Origin: Catajapyx aquilonaris | Lineage: Eukaryota | Direction of reading: 5' to 3' | DNA length: 40,417 bases | NCBI GenBank assembly: GCA_000934665.2 | Contig: JYFJ02003590.1 | Location: forward strand, 1 to 40,417 | In this document: positions 15,791-28,203 of the stretch, piece after piece | Layout: the number at the start of each line of letters is the position of its first letter | Numbering within the stretch: the first letter of the stretch is position 1 | Notes under the pieces: model-generated | The model's input: only the letters and a program-made list of their open reading frames with translations | Told to the model about the DNA's origin: nothing | The model's database searches: none | Translations under genes and position numbers: made by a program

Positions 15791-18700
15791 TACTCATTTC
15801 TAATACATCCAACATTTTAAAATTATTTTCGACAATTGCGACACCACACATACGATAGACTAAGGAAATATTACGAAGTCCAACCTCGCACAAAAATTTG
15901 CACATACCCACACACTCGTATGAAGATGAGCCAGCAGTGTTGAGTAATCCTTCTGGAAAGTGGGTTGTCAATTTTTCCGCGCTGCATATCGTGCAAATGT
16001 CCAGCACCTCAGTGTTCTATGTTCCTGGCCCCCAAAGAACAAGGAAGGTGTTCAGAAAGTAGGAGGGGAGATACCAACGTGTAGCATGGTGTAACTAGTG
16101 CTTGAGAAAACTTGTTAGTCCGGATGCTCACTCTGGCTGGGCAGGATCGTAGTAATGTGGAATTTTTTATTAAGGAGGAAGTGTGTACTGCTGGGGACAT
16201 AATGAAAGTGAAATTAGGTTGGACATGTTGGGGATATGTAAATATTATGACGAACCTGTAAAGGTCAAGCATTGGTCCACCCAGTGCAGAGTATACATTA
16301 TTACCATGAAATAGAGTTGACAGTGGTCGCTTTGATGCCTCTAAATGTAGCTCGAACAGAAGCTGATATTTCAGTCACGATATTTTGAAAAAAGTTTTAC
16401 TGCAGTGTTACAAGACTTGTACAAAGAGTGACTGGCATGTTTAAAGCAGAGGTTCTTATGCATGTTGCAGTAAGCCTACAGGCTATCTTTTTGTAAATTA
16501 ATGAGAGTATAACGCCCATAGCCTATAGGATTCTTGCTTTCATGCCATAATCACTGGAAATTGATTTTCCGATTGTTATCCTCTGCAATATGCCCCGCTT
16601 GAAACAAAAGCTGGCGACTGGTGAACTTCCGCCCACAGAAATAGACTCACAGAAAATATGCTAACATCCCCCTATCTCCAGGCAAAACATCCATATGCAC
16701 CAAAAGGCCTTTTATACTACGTCTTTTCAAAGAAATATTATCAGCTTAGCCCTTTTCATAAATGCAGTTCAAAGGAACAGATGTACTAGTATATGTGCCT
16801 GTACTCGTATAATGTCAAGTTAGAAAGCCCTGCAGTTATCTCGTCCACAATTAGACTTTAATATAGTGCAAATTTTAAAGTACAAACTGGCATATTTTAA
16901 TACCAGCGTGATTGAATGTAAGTGCCAAGTTGTTAATTGTGTTAAGAAAGATAAAAACTAGAGTAACTGACGGAATGGGCGTGCGAAATTGTGATCGATG
17001 AGTTTGCCGAGAAACTCAGGGCTTGCAAGTACTGTAAGCACGCAACTGGATAGTGATGATATACTGTACATTCTCTACAAAAGTGTAGCTTAAGTCAATA
17101 ATAGCTTAGACCTTACGTTTTGTATAGCGCAATTAATTATTGCAGGGTATGGGTTAATTAAGATATTTATGACCGATCAAATATTTTTGCATGTTGGTAT
17201 TGCCAGCTGGCTTACACGTTAGATAGGTCAGGGCTTTTGTTACGCAGCCAGTTACACAAGTTTTGTACAATTCATCATACTTTGAAGGATCATAGTACGG
17301 TAGGTCGGGGTTTCAGAATCGATTTGGAGTCCCTCGTAAATAAGGAAACTACGTAGCATCGTTTTAAGTCGGGATAGAACTTAATATCCTGGAGTGTAGG
17401 CAACACACTTTCCATCACCCATAAACTGACTGATTCGATAAACGATAATAGCTACTAGATGTGACCAGTTTGACCTCCGTATATATCGGGGCGTAATAGT
17501 TCTGAAAGTGTTTGGAACAACCAACATTGACCTTACAACAGTATGTAATTTTCTTTATTGCTACTTCGACATGGAACTGGTTGCATTGCTTGCGGAATAT
17601 TCTGGCATCGAACCCAAATTGGTCTCCCCCTATATATTTTCAGACCAGTTTTTGCATAGAGCAGCATGCCGATATTAAACTCTGGCAATATATTGCAGTC
17701 CCATGATCTCTCGGCCCACTTCTTGACCTGGCCCATGTCCAGTCAGGGAGAAAGTTTTGACTTCCAAACAAAATAAATCCTCCAAATGGACACTTTCCCA
17801 ACTCTTTGATATTGTCTTTCTGATATTGCCTATAGGAATATCGAGCAATATTTTTCGTTGTGTATGCAGGAAACGAGCCAAAAGTCACGCCCAATGTAAT
17901 AACACTCAAAAATATTAATTTTTTTTAAACATTCGTGACGTAATGGTACAGAAGCAATGCAGAGTGAAAATATCGATTTGAATGAAGGATAAAACCTTCT
18001 TTTCCGATGAATTTCCGGAAATCTCATTTGGAAGTACCGTGCCGTACGACTCAGGCTCAATGACGACTAAAGCAATTACCGGAGTCAAATTGGGTTTGCC
18101 TTTCATCCGAGAGCGGTATCCCATTACGGTTTTCTGCACGTGAAGTCTCTCAATACGGTCTTTACAGTGTGCGGGCCATTTGTTGGAAAGTATGTGTAAA
18201 ATATCTGTACGACTATATGTAAATTTCATCGGGATTAAAATCACTTCTGGAATGTGCTGGACAATTGAGTAATAATCCGGGTGACGAGCTGTTATAAAAA
18301 CATGACAAAAAAAAATTTAAACGGCTCATAAAAGTAAGAATCTGATGCATACAAAAGAAGGACACTCTCTTTTGACGTGTCGTTCTTGTCAAGCTTGTTT
18401 ATAAGTGACAGTTAGTGTCGATTCCTGATTTGACAATCGGATTAAGGTGTCGCAACATGTTGCCCCTCTGGCATTTAACGATATGTTCACCGATAATGCG
18501 AAAGAAACGTAACAATTTTAAAGCCCTGGAATTTGCCAACCGCTATTGTTTATGGTTATTGCTCCTTCTTAAGTCTCGTTTATTTTGCTTCTGGCCTGTA
18601 AATCCGAAATGGTATAATTGGATCCACTATATTTGCCTGCAGGTTTGCAAGTCACGCCTGATTTGTGGCATTGCATATCCCCCAACAATGCCCGAGGTAT

Positions 18701-19649
18701 TATGGAGGTAATTGGGATTTTCACACTCTGAGCGAAAAGTGAAATGAAATGTCATGCTAAGAGATGAATTGTTCTTCCCATACCCTCAATCGTTAATAGA
18801 CCAATAATAATTACATTAGTACATTTCAATTGTTCAGATTCGGTGTCAATGGTTGTGTTGAATAATTGAAAAACTCAGCAGTGTGCTACTACTTTTGTAG
18901 TCACTTACTCAATGTCTATATACATGATTTATAGTATGTCTTTTGACCCTTACAACAGCTTTGAACTGGTTTTATGAGTGTTTGAGAAGTTTCCATGCGC
19001 TAGTATTTTGCGCACGTCAGTACCACGCTGCATTGTATAGCAAACACGAAGCTGTTTGGCAAGTGATTGTTTAACACTTTCAATATAAAACTACCATATC
19101 ATGTAAAGTGCCTGCTGCTGTGCAATAGCCGGTTCGATTTTTGAAACCGTACATGAAAGGTCCAGCCCTGAATTGCTGATTCACATTTTTATTGTTTTCA
19201 ACGGGCACATATTCCATATAAATTCCAAATAAGCTTTTCTTTAGAACTGTTTTTCTGGGAGAGACATGAGCCATTTAATAAGATATGGAAGATGGCATCT
19301 GCTTGTAAGAAACTTATGACAGATCTCGTTTTTTATGAGACATTTTTTATCCTGCTGTTCGGTTGAAACTCAGGTAAAAGACAAGGATGATTAATATGAT
19401 AGCAAAACTGACAGCCTTTATGAGAAAAAAGCTGTTGTGGTATGAGAGAACAAGGAGTGTCGTCAGCAATATCGAACCATTTCTAAGGAAAAGCCACACA
19501 GCGTATATATATTTCTGTAATATGAAACAGTCCCTAATGAAAGTCCATCAGAAAAGAAAAGTCACATTAACGTGTAAAAACTTTAATAACCCTTTGTTTG
19601 ATAATTTACACTGGATATTTGATCACGATCCGGATTCCAGACGAAGGAA

Positions 19650-20087
19650 TCAGTGGTGATATGCGTAAGCGTAAGGAGCTGCGTGAAGCACAGGAGCTGC
19701 GTGCACCAGAGGAGCATGGTGGACCGCATGGTGGACCACTGGGGCATGGTGGACCACTGGAGTATGGTGGACCACTGGGGCATGGTGGTAGACAGGGGCA
19801 TGATGAACAACTGGAGCGTGGACCACAGGAGCAGCATGGACCACCGGAGCATGGACCACCGGAGCAGCATGGACCACCGGGGCATGGACCACCGGTGCCA
19901 CCGCCTTCACCACCGGTACCTCATGGCCGTAGTGACGCACTTCGGAGGTATAGCTGTACGAAATGGGATGCACACCAGCCTGGGCAGTAGCAGCCAGAGC
20001 GGCCAGGACAGCGACGTACACAGCGATCTGTTGATAAACACACTTGAACTACAACAATTCCCCGCACTATAGACCAACACTTACCAT
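19650..20087 (-). CDS. Small secreted His/Ala/Pro/Val-rich cuticle-protein-like gene B, 126 aa. Exons 20087-20085 (ATG only), 20027-19650
   Basis: ATG|gtaagt, 57-nt intron, aacag|ATCGCT. Signal peptide [18 protein letters not shown], many (A)APVVH(H) repeats. TATAAAA at 20165-20159. Confidence 0.9.
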
Positions 20088-20158
20088 GATTTGTGTGATT
20101 GAGTGACTGGCACGAAGAATTAGCAGTGAATGTCTCGGATCAGGACAACTCCGGGGGT

Positions 20159-20165
20159 TTTTATA
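20159..20165 (-). promoter_or_regulatory. TATA box of cuticle-like gene B
   Basis: TATAAAA on the minus strand, with an Inr-like TTCACT about 30 nt downstream. Confidence 0.7.
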
Positions 20166-23100
20166 TGGGGCTGGAAAATGACGGCCATTCCTTAATGGCT
20201 CCGTGGCGCTTGGGGGCAGGCACTAAGGAGGACAGGTTGGCCACCACCTTCTTTGGGAACCACGGTGAAGGGCGCAGAAACCAATGAGGCTCGAATATAA
20301 TACATGTCACGGTTTCTCACGGGATGTCTACATTTCCTTCAGATATACCCGGAATTTAATTGAAGATACACTGCACATGCATATGATAATGTTGCCAACT
20401 ACATTGAGCCACGCATAATGTTATGAGCTGGGGTGGAAAATAATTCCGCAATCATCATAAAAGAAAATGGGAACAGGAGCGAGAGTTGGATATTCGGGTT
20501 TCCTGAAAGGAAATAAGATCAGCTTGCTTGCCTTGGAGAAACAGCGGAAACTGTTCCAAACTAAGATCATAAAAAAGTTTTGCAAATATTGTTTTTAATT
20601 GTTATTTAGACATTCAGGGGGGGTATACTTAGACTGTTCGTGATGTTTGTGAGAAATTTTCAAGCCCATTTGAAAATAGCCATTCACGGATTATGGACAA
20701 GAGCGGTTCGTGTTACCCTGGAGGTTAATATGCGCGCAAAAAAATGGCAATCTCACTGGAATTCGTTGGGTGTTGTTGGACGGCTTCTTTTAGTAATTAA
20801 CCTTTTGGGGAAAATTGGTTCAATCGTTACCTCTCCCGTTCTCCCAACGCTCAAAAAAAGGTGCTCTTTTTGTTGTTATGCCATTGACACCAAGCGCTCA
20901 AATGAAGTCAAGGTGATGGTACACCTACATGGCCGGAGTACAAAGTGCTCGTAATACTGACAGCCCTATCCTATAATTACAGCCCAAAAAATTTGGGCCA
21001 CTCGCATTTTTCATGCAATGTGAAAAAAAGTGTGGAAAAAACCAGTAATTTTTATGTTTGGTTAGATTACAGTGCTGAGTGCACGCATGAATGTTGAACT
21101 ACTTTTAATGAGTTTTAAAAATTTTAATTTGTGATGGTGGTACTTGACATATCGGAAGCAATCCTGTGGTTTCAAAATCCGGGCGATGTTCCATTGAGCG
21201 TGTCCTGACAAGCTTGAAGAGGACCCTCACATGAAATTAGAGACAAAAGGACCGGTCGCATCTACATGTCAGGGAGATATCGATTACGTTAGTTACGTAT
21301 GAAGTAAACGGTCAAATGCAGGAAACTGGGATTAGGCAATGCCACGACACGTTTTCACGTAAAATATTTTGTGGCCCCCAGTATATTGCTTATAAACGGT
21401 GCAATAATCTGGTGTGTATTACATAAGTGATGAATTATGTAGGCTATCATTTTGCCTAATATTACTGTAAATTACTCTGTTTTATTGCTATACAATCCAG
21501 CTAGGCTTTAGTTGAAGATTTCATCAAGTCAGCGGGAAAAAAATATTTTAGTAAAATTCCATGAGAAATATTTATTGCTGGCGACAATCCCTAGAGGGAA
21601 TGCGTGAGGACCTAGGGGGAGCTGGGGGCGTATGCTCTTTGTATGGGAGCACAATCACGACCCTGTGTGACCTTGCGGGGTCAGAGGGATGACCTGAGCA
21701 GGTCAATGTATGCAACAATAAATATCAAATACAACACAACCCAAGCATAGAGAGAAAAATGTGCTATTCCATTTTTAATCAAACTAGTGCCTTTAATTGG
21801 CTAATAATTTCCAATTTAAAACACATAAAATGCTAAAACCAGTCAGAATAAGAGAACGTAAAATTCACTATTGGCAACACCCATATCACATTCCGTGATC
21901 CCTTATCGGTTTGAACCAATACGCATACAAACTGTCACATTTGGGCGACCTTTTAAGTGCTATAAAACTACACGAGCACTTACGACAGCACCAAATGTGA
22001 CGATTAATATTCTGCGTTCGACAAAAATATGTCAATGAGGCATACTTTCCACGCGACAAAAACAGGGCGTATACCGCTCACTTATTCAGCGAAAGGTCGA
22101 GATAAAAAATATATATATTATGGTTACCTGTACTCGGTACATTTGGAAGACCGTTATGCAAGACCTTGTCAACATTGAATCTCAGCTCAATTCTACACAT
22201 TACATGACGAGGTCGCTCTCTCTTCATATGGGAAGAATTTTCTTTTTGGGATTGTTTCCAACTCTAACGCAATCAACATTCCATACTACTGTCATTTTCA
22301 GTCATTAAAGATCGTTCGTCACAAATTATTTTTTTTTGTGTGTATCAGATGTGCACCCACAAGGACATCGCGTGCAAATGTTTTTTTTCCAGCAAAATTG
22401 GAACCGACTTACATGCGTGATATTTGCCTTTCTCTACATTTGGACCTTTAGGGCAGCTTCTGTGGTTTTCGCTAAATTCGATTTTTTTGGTGGCAATAGG
22501 ATATTTAGCTAGGCAGATTATGTGTTGTTAAAATCAGATTTTTTTTTTCGATTGCAAAATGGCTTCCTTCCTGGAAAATACCTTGTTTATGATCAGCCTG
22601 AGATTGACGCAGAGTTCCTTTCACTTTTGATAGGGATGCGGAAAAAAGATTTTTTGTTGAGCTGCCCATATGGATTTTATGGTTCTAATACGTTTTGCAA
22701 AATGGTCTTATCAATATGCGATGTACCACCGCGATGAAGAAAATAAGCGCCTTTAGAGTCCATAGAAGAAAATCCCTTATCCGAACACATTGTGCTTTTT
22801 TTTAAGGATTTTATTTTTACCAATATCTGTCCTTGGAAAAGAATATTCTGCAGACCTGCATTTTGTTCTATACAGTACTTCAGGAAATGAAAGTTGGTCA
22901 ACACCATTTACTTTTTGATGATTCTGAGCGACCTTCAAAAAGTAGCAAATAACGTCAAAATGTGCCCCATATATTGAGGCATGCTCCAAGCAGTATAGTC
23001 AGGCAGTTATAAAAATCGGTTCAAGGTGGTTCGTTTTTAACATTCCTCTCTGTTTTAAGGCGAAGCTCTCCTTATATGTCTTAATGATCCCCTTCACTTG

Positions 23101-23354
23101 ATTGTCACACCTTCTTACATAACGGGCGTGACATTTTGGAAGCAATTTGAGAGCTGATTCTAGTTAATATCGCGCGTAAATCAGGCATTTTTAGCAGGCC
23201 TTAAAAGTTGCGAAATGCCATTGTCATTGGCATGCGATTAATGCTGACCTAAAGGTGTGTCTCCAACAGTGAAACTGGGAAATTCGCAGGTTTCGAAAGT
23301 GAGAGCTATTGCAAACAATGCACAAATCCATAAAACATAAGCCTACATACGTTG

Positions 23355-23362
23355 TATATAAA
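23355..23362 (+). promoter_or_regulatory. TATA box of cuticle-like gene C
   Basis: TATATAAA ~70 nt upstream of the ATG at 23428. Confidence 0.7.
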
Positions 23363-23427
23363 CATCCCAAAGATGCTCCAATGACGACACAACTCTTGTA
23401 GAAACACATCACAACACATCTGCAACA

Positions 23428-23433
23428 ATGAAG

Positions 23434-23523
<90 letters not shown>

Positions 23524-23769
23524 TGGGTGACAGTGGCGATCCTGGCGGTGTGTGTGGCTGTTTGTAATGCAGGAGTGGCACCAGTAGCTTTGGCTCATTA
23601 TCCAGCGGTCAGCTACACCCACGATGTGAGGGTCATAGGGCCGTCTGTTCCGGTGCTGAAGGCTGCCCCACTGGTGGCCAGAGTGCCCTTTGCCCCTGCA
23701 CATGCCCCTTACTTTGCCCCTGCACATGCGCCGCTGTTGGGATACCCCCATGCCCACTATGTATATTAA
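23428..23769 (+). CDS. Small secreted Ala/Pro/His-rich cuticle-protein-like gene C, 84 aa. Exons 23428-23433 (MK), 23521-23769
   Basis: acaATGAAG|gt(att)27atag|TTTTGG gives signal peptide MKFWVTVAILAVCVAVCNA. AAP/APAHAP repeats. Shares a motif with gene B. AATAAA at 23803-23808. Confidence 0.85.
23436..23516 (+). repeat. (ATT)27 microsatellite making up 81 of the 87 nt of the gene C intron
   Basis: Perfect trinucleotide repeat between GT (23434-23435) and ATAG (23517-23520). Confidence 0.98.
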
Positions 23770-26700
23770 GCCTGTTTAATTAAACCCTCCATTTTGACGA
23801 GGAATAAAATGGATAAGCAGATCATTACGAAGTTAATTTGCGTTCAAACCCGTTTCTACATGAAGGTCGGGTCAATTTGACTCCATTGTTGACATTCCCT
23901 ACCATTCCACGACCTTGTCCGCAGATTGCATTGGCAGCAGGATCATTTTGGCCCGGTCTATCGGTTTCCGCTTCCTTTTCCTCAACTTTTCCTGAACCGA
24001 GGCAATATTCCAAAAAAGTCCTAGCCCTTTTTATAGCCCTTCTATAGCACTCCGAAGAAGCATTGCTGGAAATCTGAACCTATCTATTTCTGCGAATTCC
24101 TTGCGCAAATCGTAGTTACGACGTGTCATCTTTCATTACAATTACATGTAGCTAGGGAAGGAACATTAAGCACCTCTGGCATCAGTCTGGGACCGCATTA
24201 TTTTACGAGGTGTCATGATAGCCGTTGTTCGTAGCTAGGCCTGAGGGGATGCTACGAGGGGATGAAATGCGCCCCTCATTGCGGGGAATCCCCGGCTGAG
24301 CGTATAGTTATGGATTGCGGTGAAGCCTCTGGGTTTTCTGCTCAGCTTCTTCAGTCTGGTGTGGGTACATCGCGTGACCAAACTCATTCCAGGTCCGTTT
24401 CTTCGCATGGCTTGCCTGGGATTCCGGGCTTCGCGGAATAAGCGCATAGAGGAGAGTGGGCGCGTTTTATTGTTGGAAGCATCATAGACGTTTAAGGGCT
24501 TATTTCCGTTATGTGTCGGATACGTCGATTCCTATTGGCGTGGGATGGTGTATGACAATGCAATGGTGCGAATATAACGCGAGTTTTGATTAACTCGTGG
24601 GTTGATATCAGTGCGGTTTGGAATTAATCAAATGGCGTGTACATGGATGCATCGGGGTGACATATTTTGTCAGCACAAAAGCAGCCGAATGACACTTCCA
24701 AATGAAGTGTTGTTTAGACGAAAGCACTGTCAAAATACGTTGTTGCATTTGGTAATTGGGATGGAAGTGGACATATATGTTAGAGATATGTTAGGGTTCA
24801 TTAATAAAATTGGTGAGCTAATTGTGTTAAAGGCAGAGCGTATACAAAATAATCCTTAATCATATAAACTGACAAATTCCCGGCCTTTGATGATTCATGA
24901 AGTGAATTTTATCCTCTTTCAATATTCCAGCACTGAAACTATCTGAATACATAACATTACCTGAATTTGAGACATTTCAGATGTTATGCAACTGTAACTG
25001 TCGTCTATACTTAAAAATGCGTGTGTCTGGCTTTTAGAGTCAGATACTGTACAAGGTTACTTATTCGTCTCAAAGCAGGGAAAGTATGCACGTGTGCTGA
25101 GAAATACTGTACGAGACATACATAGAGCCTGAATATTGCTAACATTCTGAGCGTAATCACTAAACGTCGACGAGTACGTGTTCTGTCATGCATTCGGCGT
25201 ATAGCAAAGGGCAAATAACACCACGAGCGTTACATTTCCTATTAAAATACCATCATATCACGCATAACTTCACAATGCCCGCTTTGTATCGGCACTGGAC
25301 ATTTGAACCCTGATAGTATACGTCGTGGTACTTTATAAGAAGACAAATTTTCCGACACGCCATATACTACAGGTCAACGATCATTTTGATGGAAAATGAA
25401 CTTTTTTAAAACTGAAAAACGACGCAGTGTGCTGACTTTAAGAAAAATACAAATGGTGTCGCATTTGTTAGGCTCACTTGTCAGAGTCGATATAACACAA
25501 GAAGTCTCTGGTATTTTCACAAGACTAGCGCCTGCTGAGATACCTTCACTTGCATGAATTCACGCTCTGCATATTTCAAACCTGAGAAACTTTTAGGTAG
25601 CCATATAGCTGTCGTGTCTGTCAGAATGTGAGTGAAGCTGCGCAATTTCATGCTCCAATATTTTTTAAGCTGTAGTACAATACAACCATATGACAAAAAC
25701 CTTTGGAACTATCATATCCATATAAAGTTTCCTTCTTTAAGTCATGATTGCATACCGGTATCACAATAGTTAGGCTTAACTGAAATTATTATTATTTTTG
25801 TAAATTATGTGTATATGGTCGTAGTGGCTTTTAGAATTGGTATATGGAACACCCGTCTGAAATAACATGATTAGAGCAAGCTCATTTACATAAGAGCTTC
25901 AGAATTTTTCTAAACTACAAAAAAAGTCTCATTTCAATAATAAAAAGTCAATAACCGCCCATTATTCATTTTAAATTCATTTTCAGTTGCCCATGTTGTT
26001 GGGCAAGTATGATATACATTACTGTCGTGCCTGTGATAGGTCATTTCATGGTGATGTAACTGGCATAATATGTTCGCCGACAACTTGAGCACTCATCAAC
26101 CTAACACACAATATTTTGCAAATGTCCTCATGCTTCCCCAAGCAGAAGGCTGGTAATTACTTCAAAAATTGACCTGTACGTGGCAGCGTTTCATTACTCG
26201 CCGACGGGGGACGGGGTGCAGGGTATGCCCGCATATTTGCGGTGACACTCGGGTGACCACTGTCCACATAATGACGTCAAACCTGGACAGAGATGATGAA
26301 GTGAACTTTCTTCACGTTTTTTGTCGAATATCTAGTGCCTACAGATCGTATAGGGAAATCGCATGCATATAACTTTCTGGAAGAAGAATTTCCAATAATA
26401 TAAGTTGTTTACTTTCTCGAGTCCTCGACGTTCCGGTGACTGTAAAGAGTGGATTAATATCAGGAACCAACTCCAAAGGGGGCAAAATTCTGCGCATTGT
26501 ATTGTTCATATTTATATATTATAGAGTTTGTTCCATAATGTTGTACCATGTCAGATCCAGTCATCGGGATATGTGCGAAATGGAACTCGTTGCTAATTAT
26601 CACGCTAGTTTTCCGAAAGCTCTGAGAGCCCCTATGCATTGTCCTAAACTACTCCTGTGTGACCTGCATTCCCCACGTCACTCTGGGGGTGTTTGGATTT

Positions 26701-26896
26701 TGTTCAAATATTGTTTCAGCGACTGGTGCAGTAGGTACACCCAACTCCACGAGACTGTGCATTGGAACGAAAACTTTGCTTGCTGTAAAAACACGTGCCA
26801 TATACAGTTGCATTATTCGGTGAAACCTGTTTATAAACAACACGGATTCGGCTGAAAAATAGTTTCGTCAAGGATGTTTGTTATCAATAAGGGAAA

Positions 26897-27187
26897 CTAG
26901 GCACAAACTTGCCAAAATTTGGTAGAAAATTAGGCATGGAAGCGACATCCGAGTCGCTACCCAGGAGGTGGCGCCCTGGCGCCAGGAACGGCGGAAATGG
27001 AAATTCCGTGGAACGGACGCGGTCGGGTTTTTATGCGTTTTACGAAGTCCCTCGGCACCGTTTTCAAAAAAACAAAAGTGTTTTGCAAATATAGAAAACA
27101 CGGGAAAAATTTGGACACCACTCCCAAAGCTGTAGGCCGTACGGTGCGGGAGGAGTTTCCGTGACAGTCGACTTTTAATAATATAGA
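26897..27187 (-). mobile_element. Non-autonomous Helitron-like element (~290 bp)
   Basis: The minus strand begins A|TCTATATTATTAAAAG and ends ...CCTAG|T (5'-TC, 3'-CTAG, inserted at AT, no TSD). Small subterminal palindrome ccaaattttgg; GC-richer core. Confidence 0.7.
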
Positions 27188-28203
27188 TGTGATCAGGGCA
27201 TTGTTTTGCAGGGAAATTTTCGGGTCATCTTCTCATAAGGGCCACCCCCGCAAGCTCTGCAGGTCATTTGCTCCAAAAACATAAGTTCATCGTAGAATCA
27301 CCCTAGAACCATAGAAAACGCACAATTACAGTTAATTGCAAGGAAAAGGGGCAAATGCCTCATGTCCTTGAGGCTTGTTTATGTTTTTCAACCAAACATA
27401 TTAACACCCTACTGTGCCCAATCCGCACAAAGGATATATTTGTCCCCAAACACACTATTATCTATATCGATTCAGCCGCTAGTTTTCTGTAAGAGCCAAT
27501 TACTGGTCCGATGTTTACCTTCCAGAAGTCGCAGGGGGTGTTCGCCATCACTCTTTGGCCCAATTAAATGCATTGCGCACTTTCCCCCCCTTCAACGTGG
27601 CTTCTACTAAAACACCTTCGATGACGCCGACGTCTCCAAATCATCCTTGATTGATTTAATTATAAAAGGGGGAGGAGCTAAAAATAGATCGCGTTCATTA
27701 CTTAGAACCAAACTGCTGGTGTCTATAAGGGAACCTCTGAAGGAAATTTGTGACATGTGATTTATTCCTTTCACACACGGAAACCATTAATATTCTAGTG
27801 GGTTAGCATAGCCGCTCAAGATATCGTGGTAATGACAGGAAGATTAGCTTTCTAACCGCGTATCTATCGCACCCATTAGCATTCACTACTTGCAACTAGA
27901 CCTTACAGAAAATTAATTTCTTGTCAGTAACTATGTTGCCAACTATGCACATCCGGACAAAACTAAGTCATGATATTGAAACTAGTGTGAATAGGTTGAA
28001 TTGACCTTCTGGATGAGTCTATCAGGCAGGCGCAGGCTTTAGACGCAATAGTCCCCACCTCCCACCCTTCTCGCCATAGTCCCTCCAACACAAGCCTCTT
28101 CCCGTCCCTATTTGCTCCTCGGTGTCTGCCGGGTTCAAATCGTGTTAGAACCACGTGTACAGTCATGTGTAAGTGACATGTGTCGGAATTAGTGGTGTCG
28201 GTC

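Noticed and set aside
15800..18700. Possible decayed coding region (transposon or endogenous virus) on the minus strand
   Set aside because: Several moderately long frames, but with many stops and no motif I can recognise. A TBLASTX/HMM search against Repbase and viral proteins would be needed, so it is not called.
19583..20072. Overlapping sense and antisense ORFs (130 aa, 139 aa, 100 aa) over gene B
   Set aside because: Shadow frames produced by the GC-rich repeat coding of APVVH. Only the frame with TATA, splice sites and signal peptide is supported.
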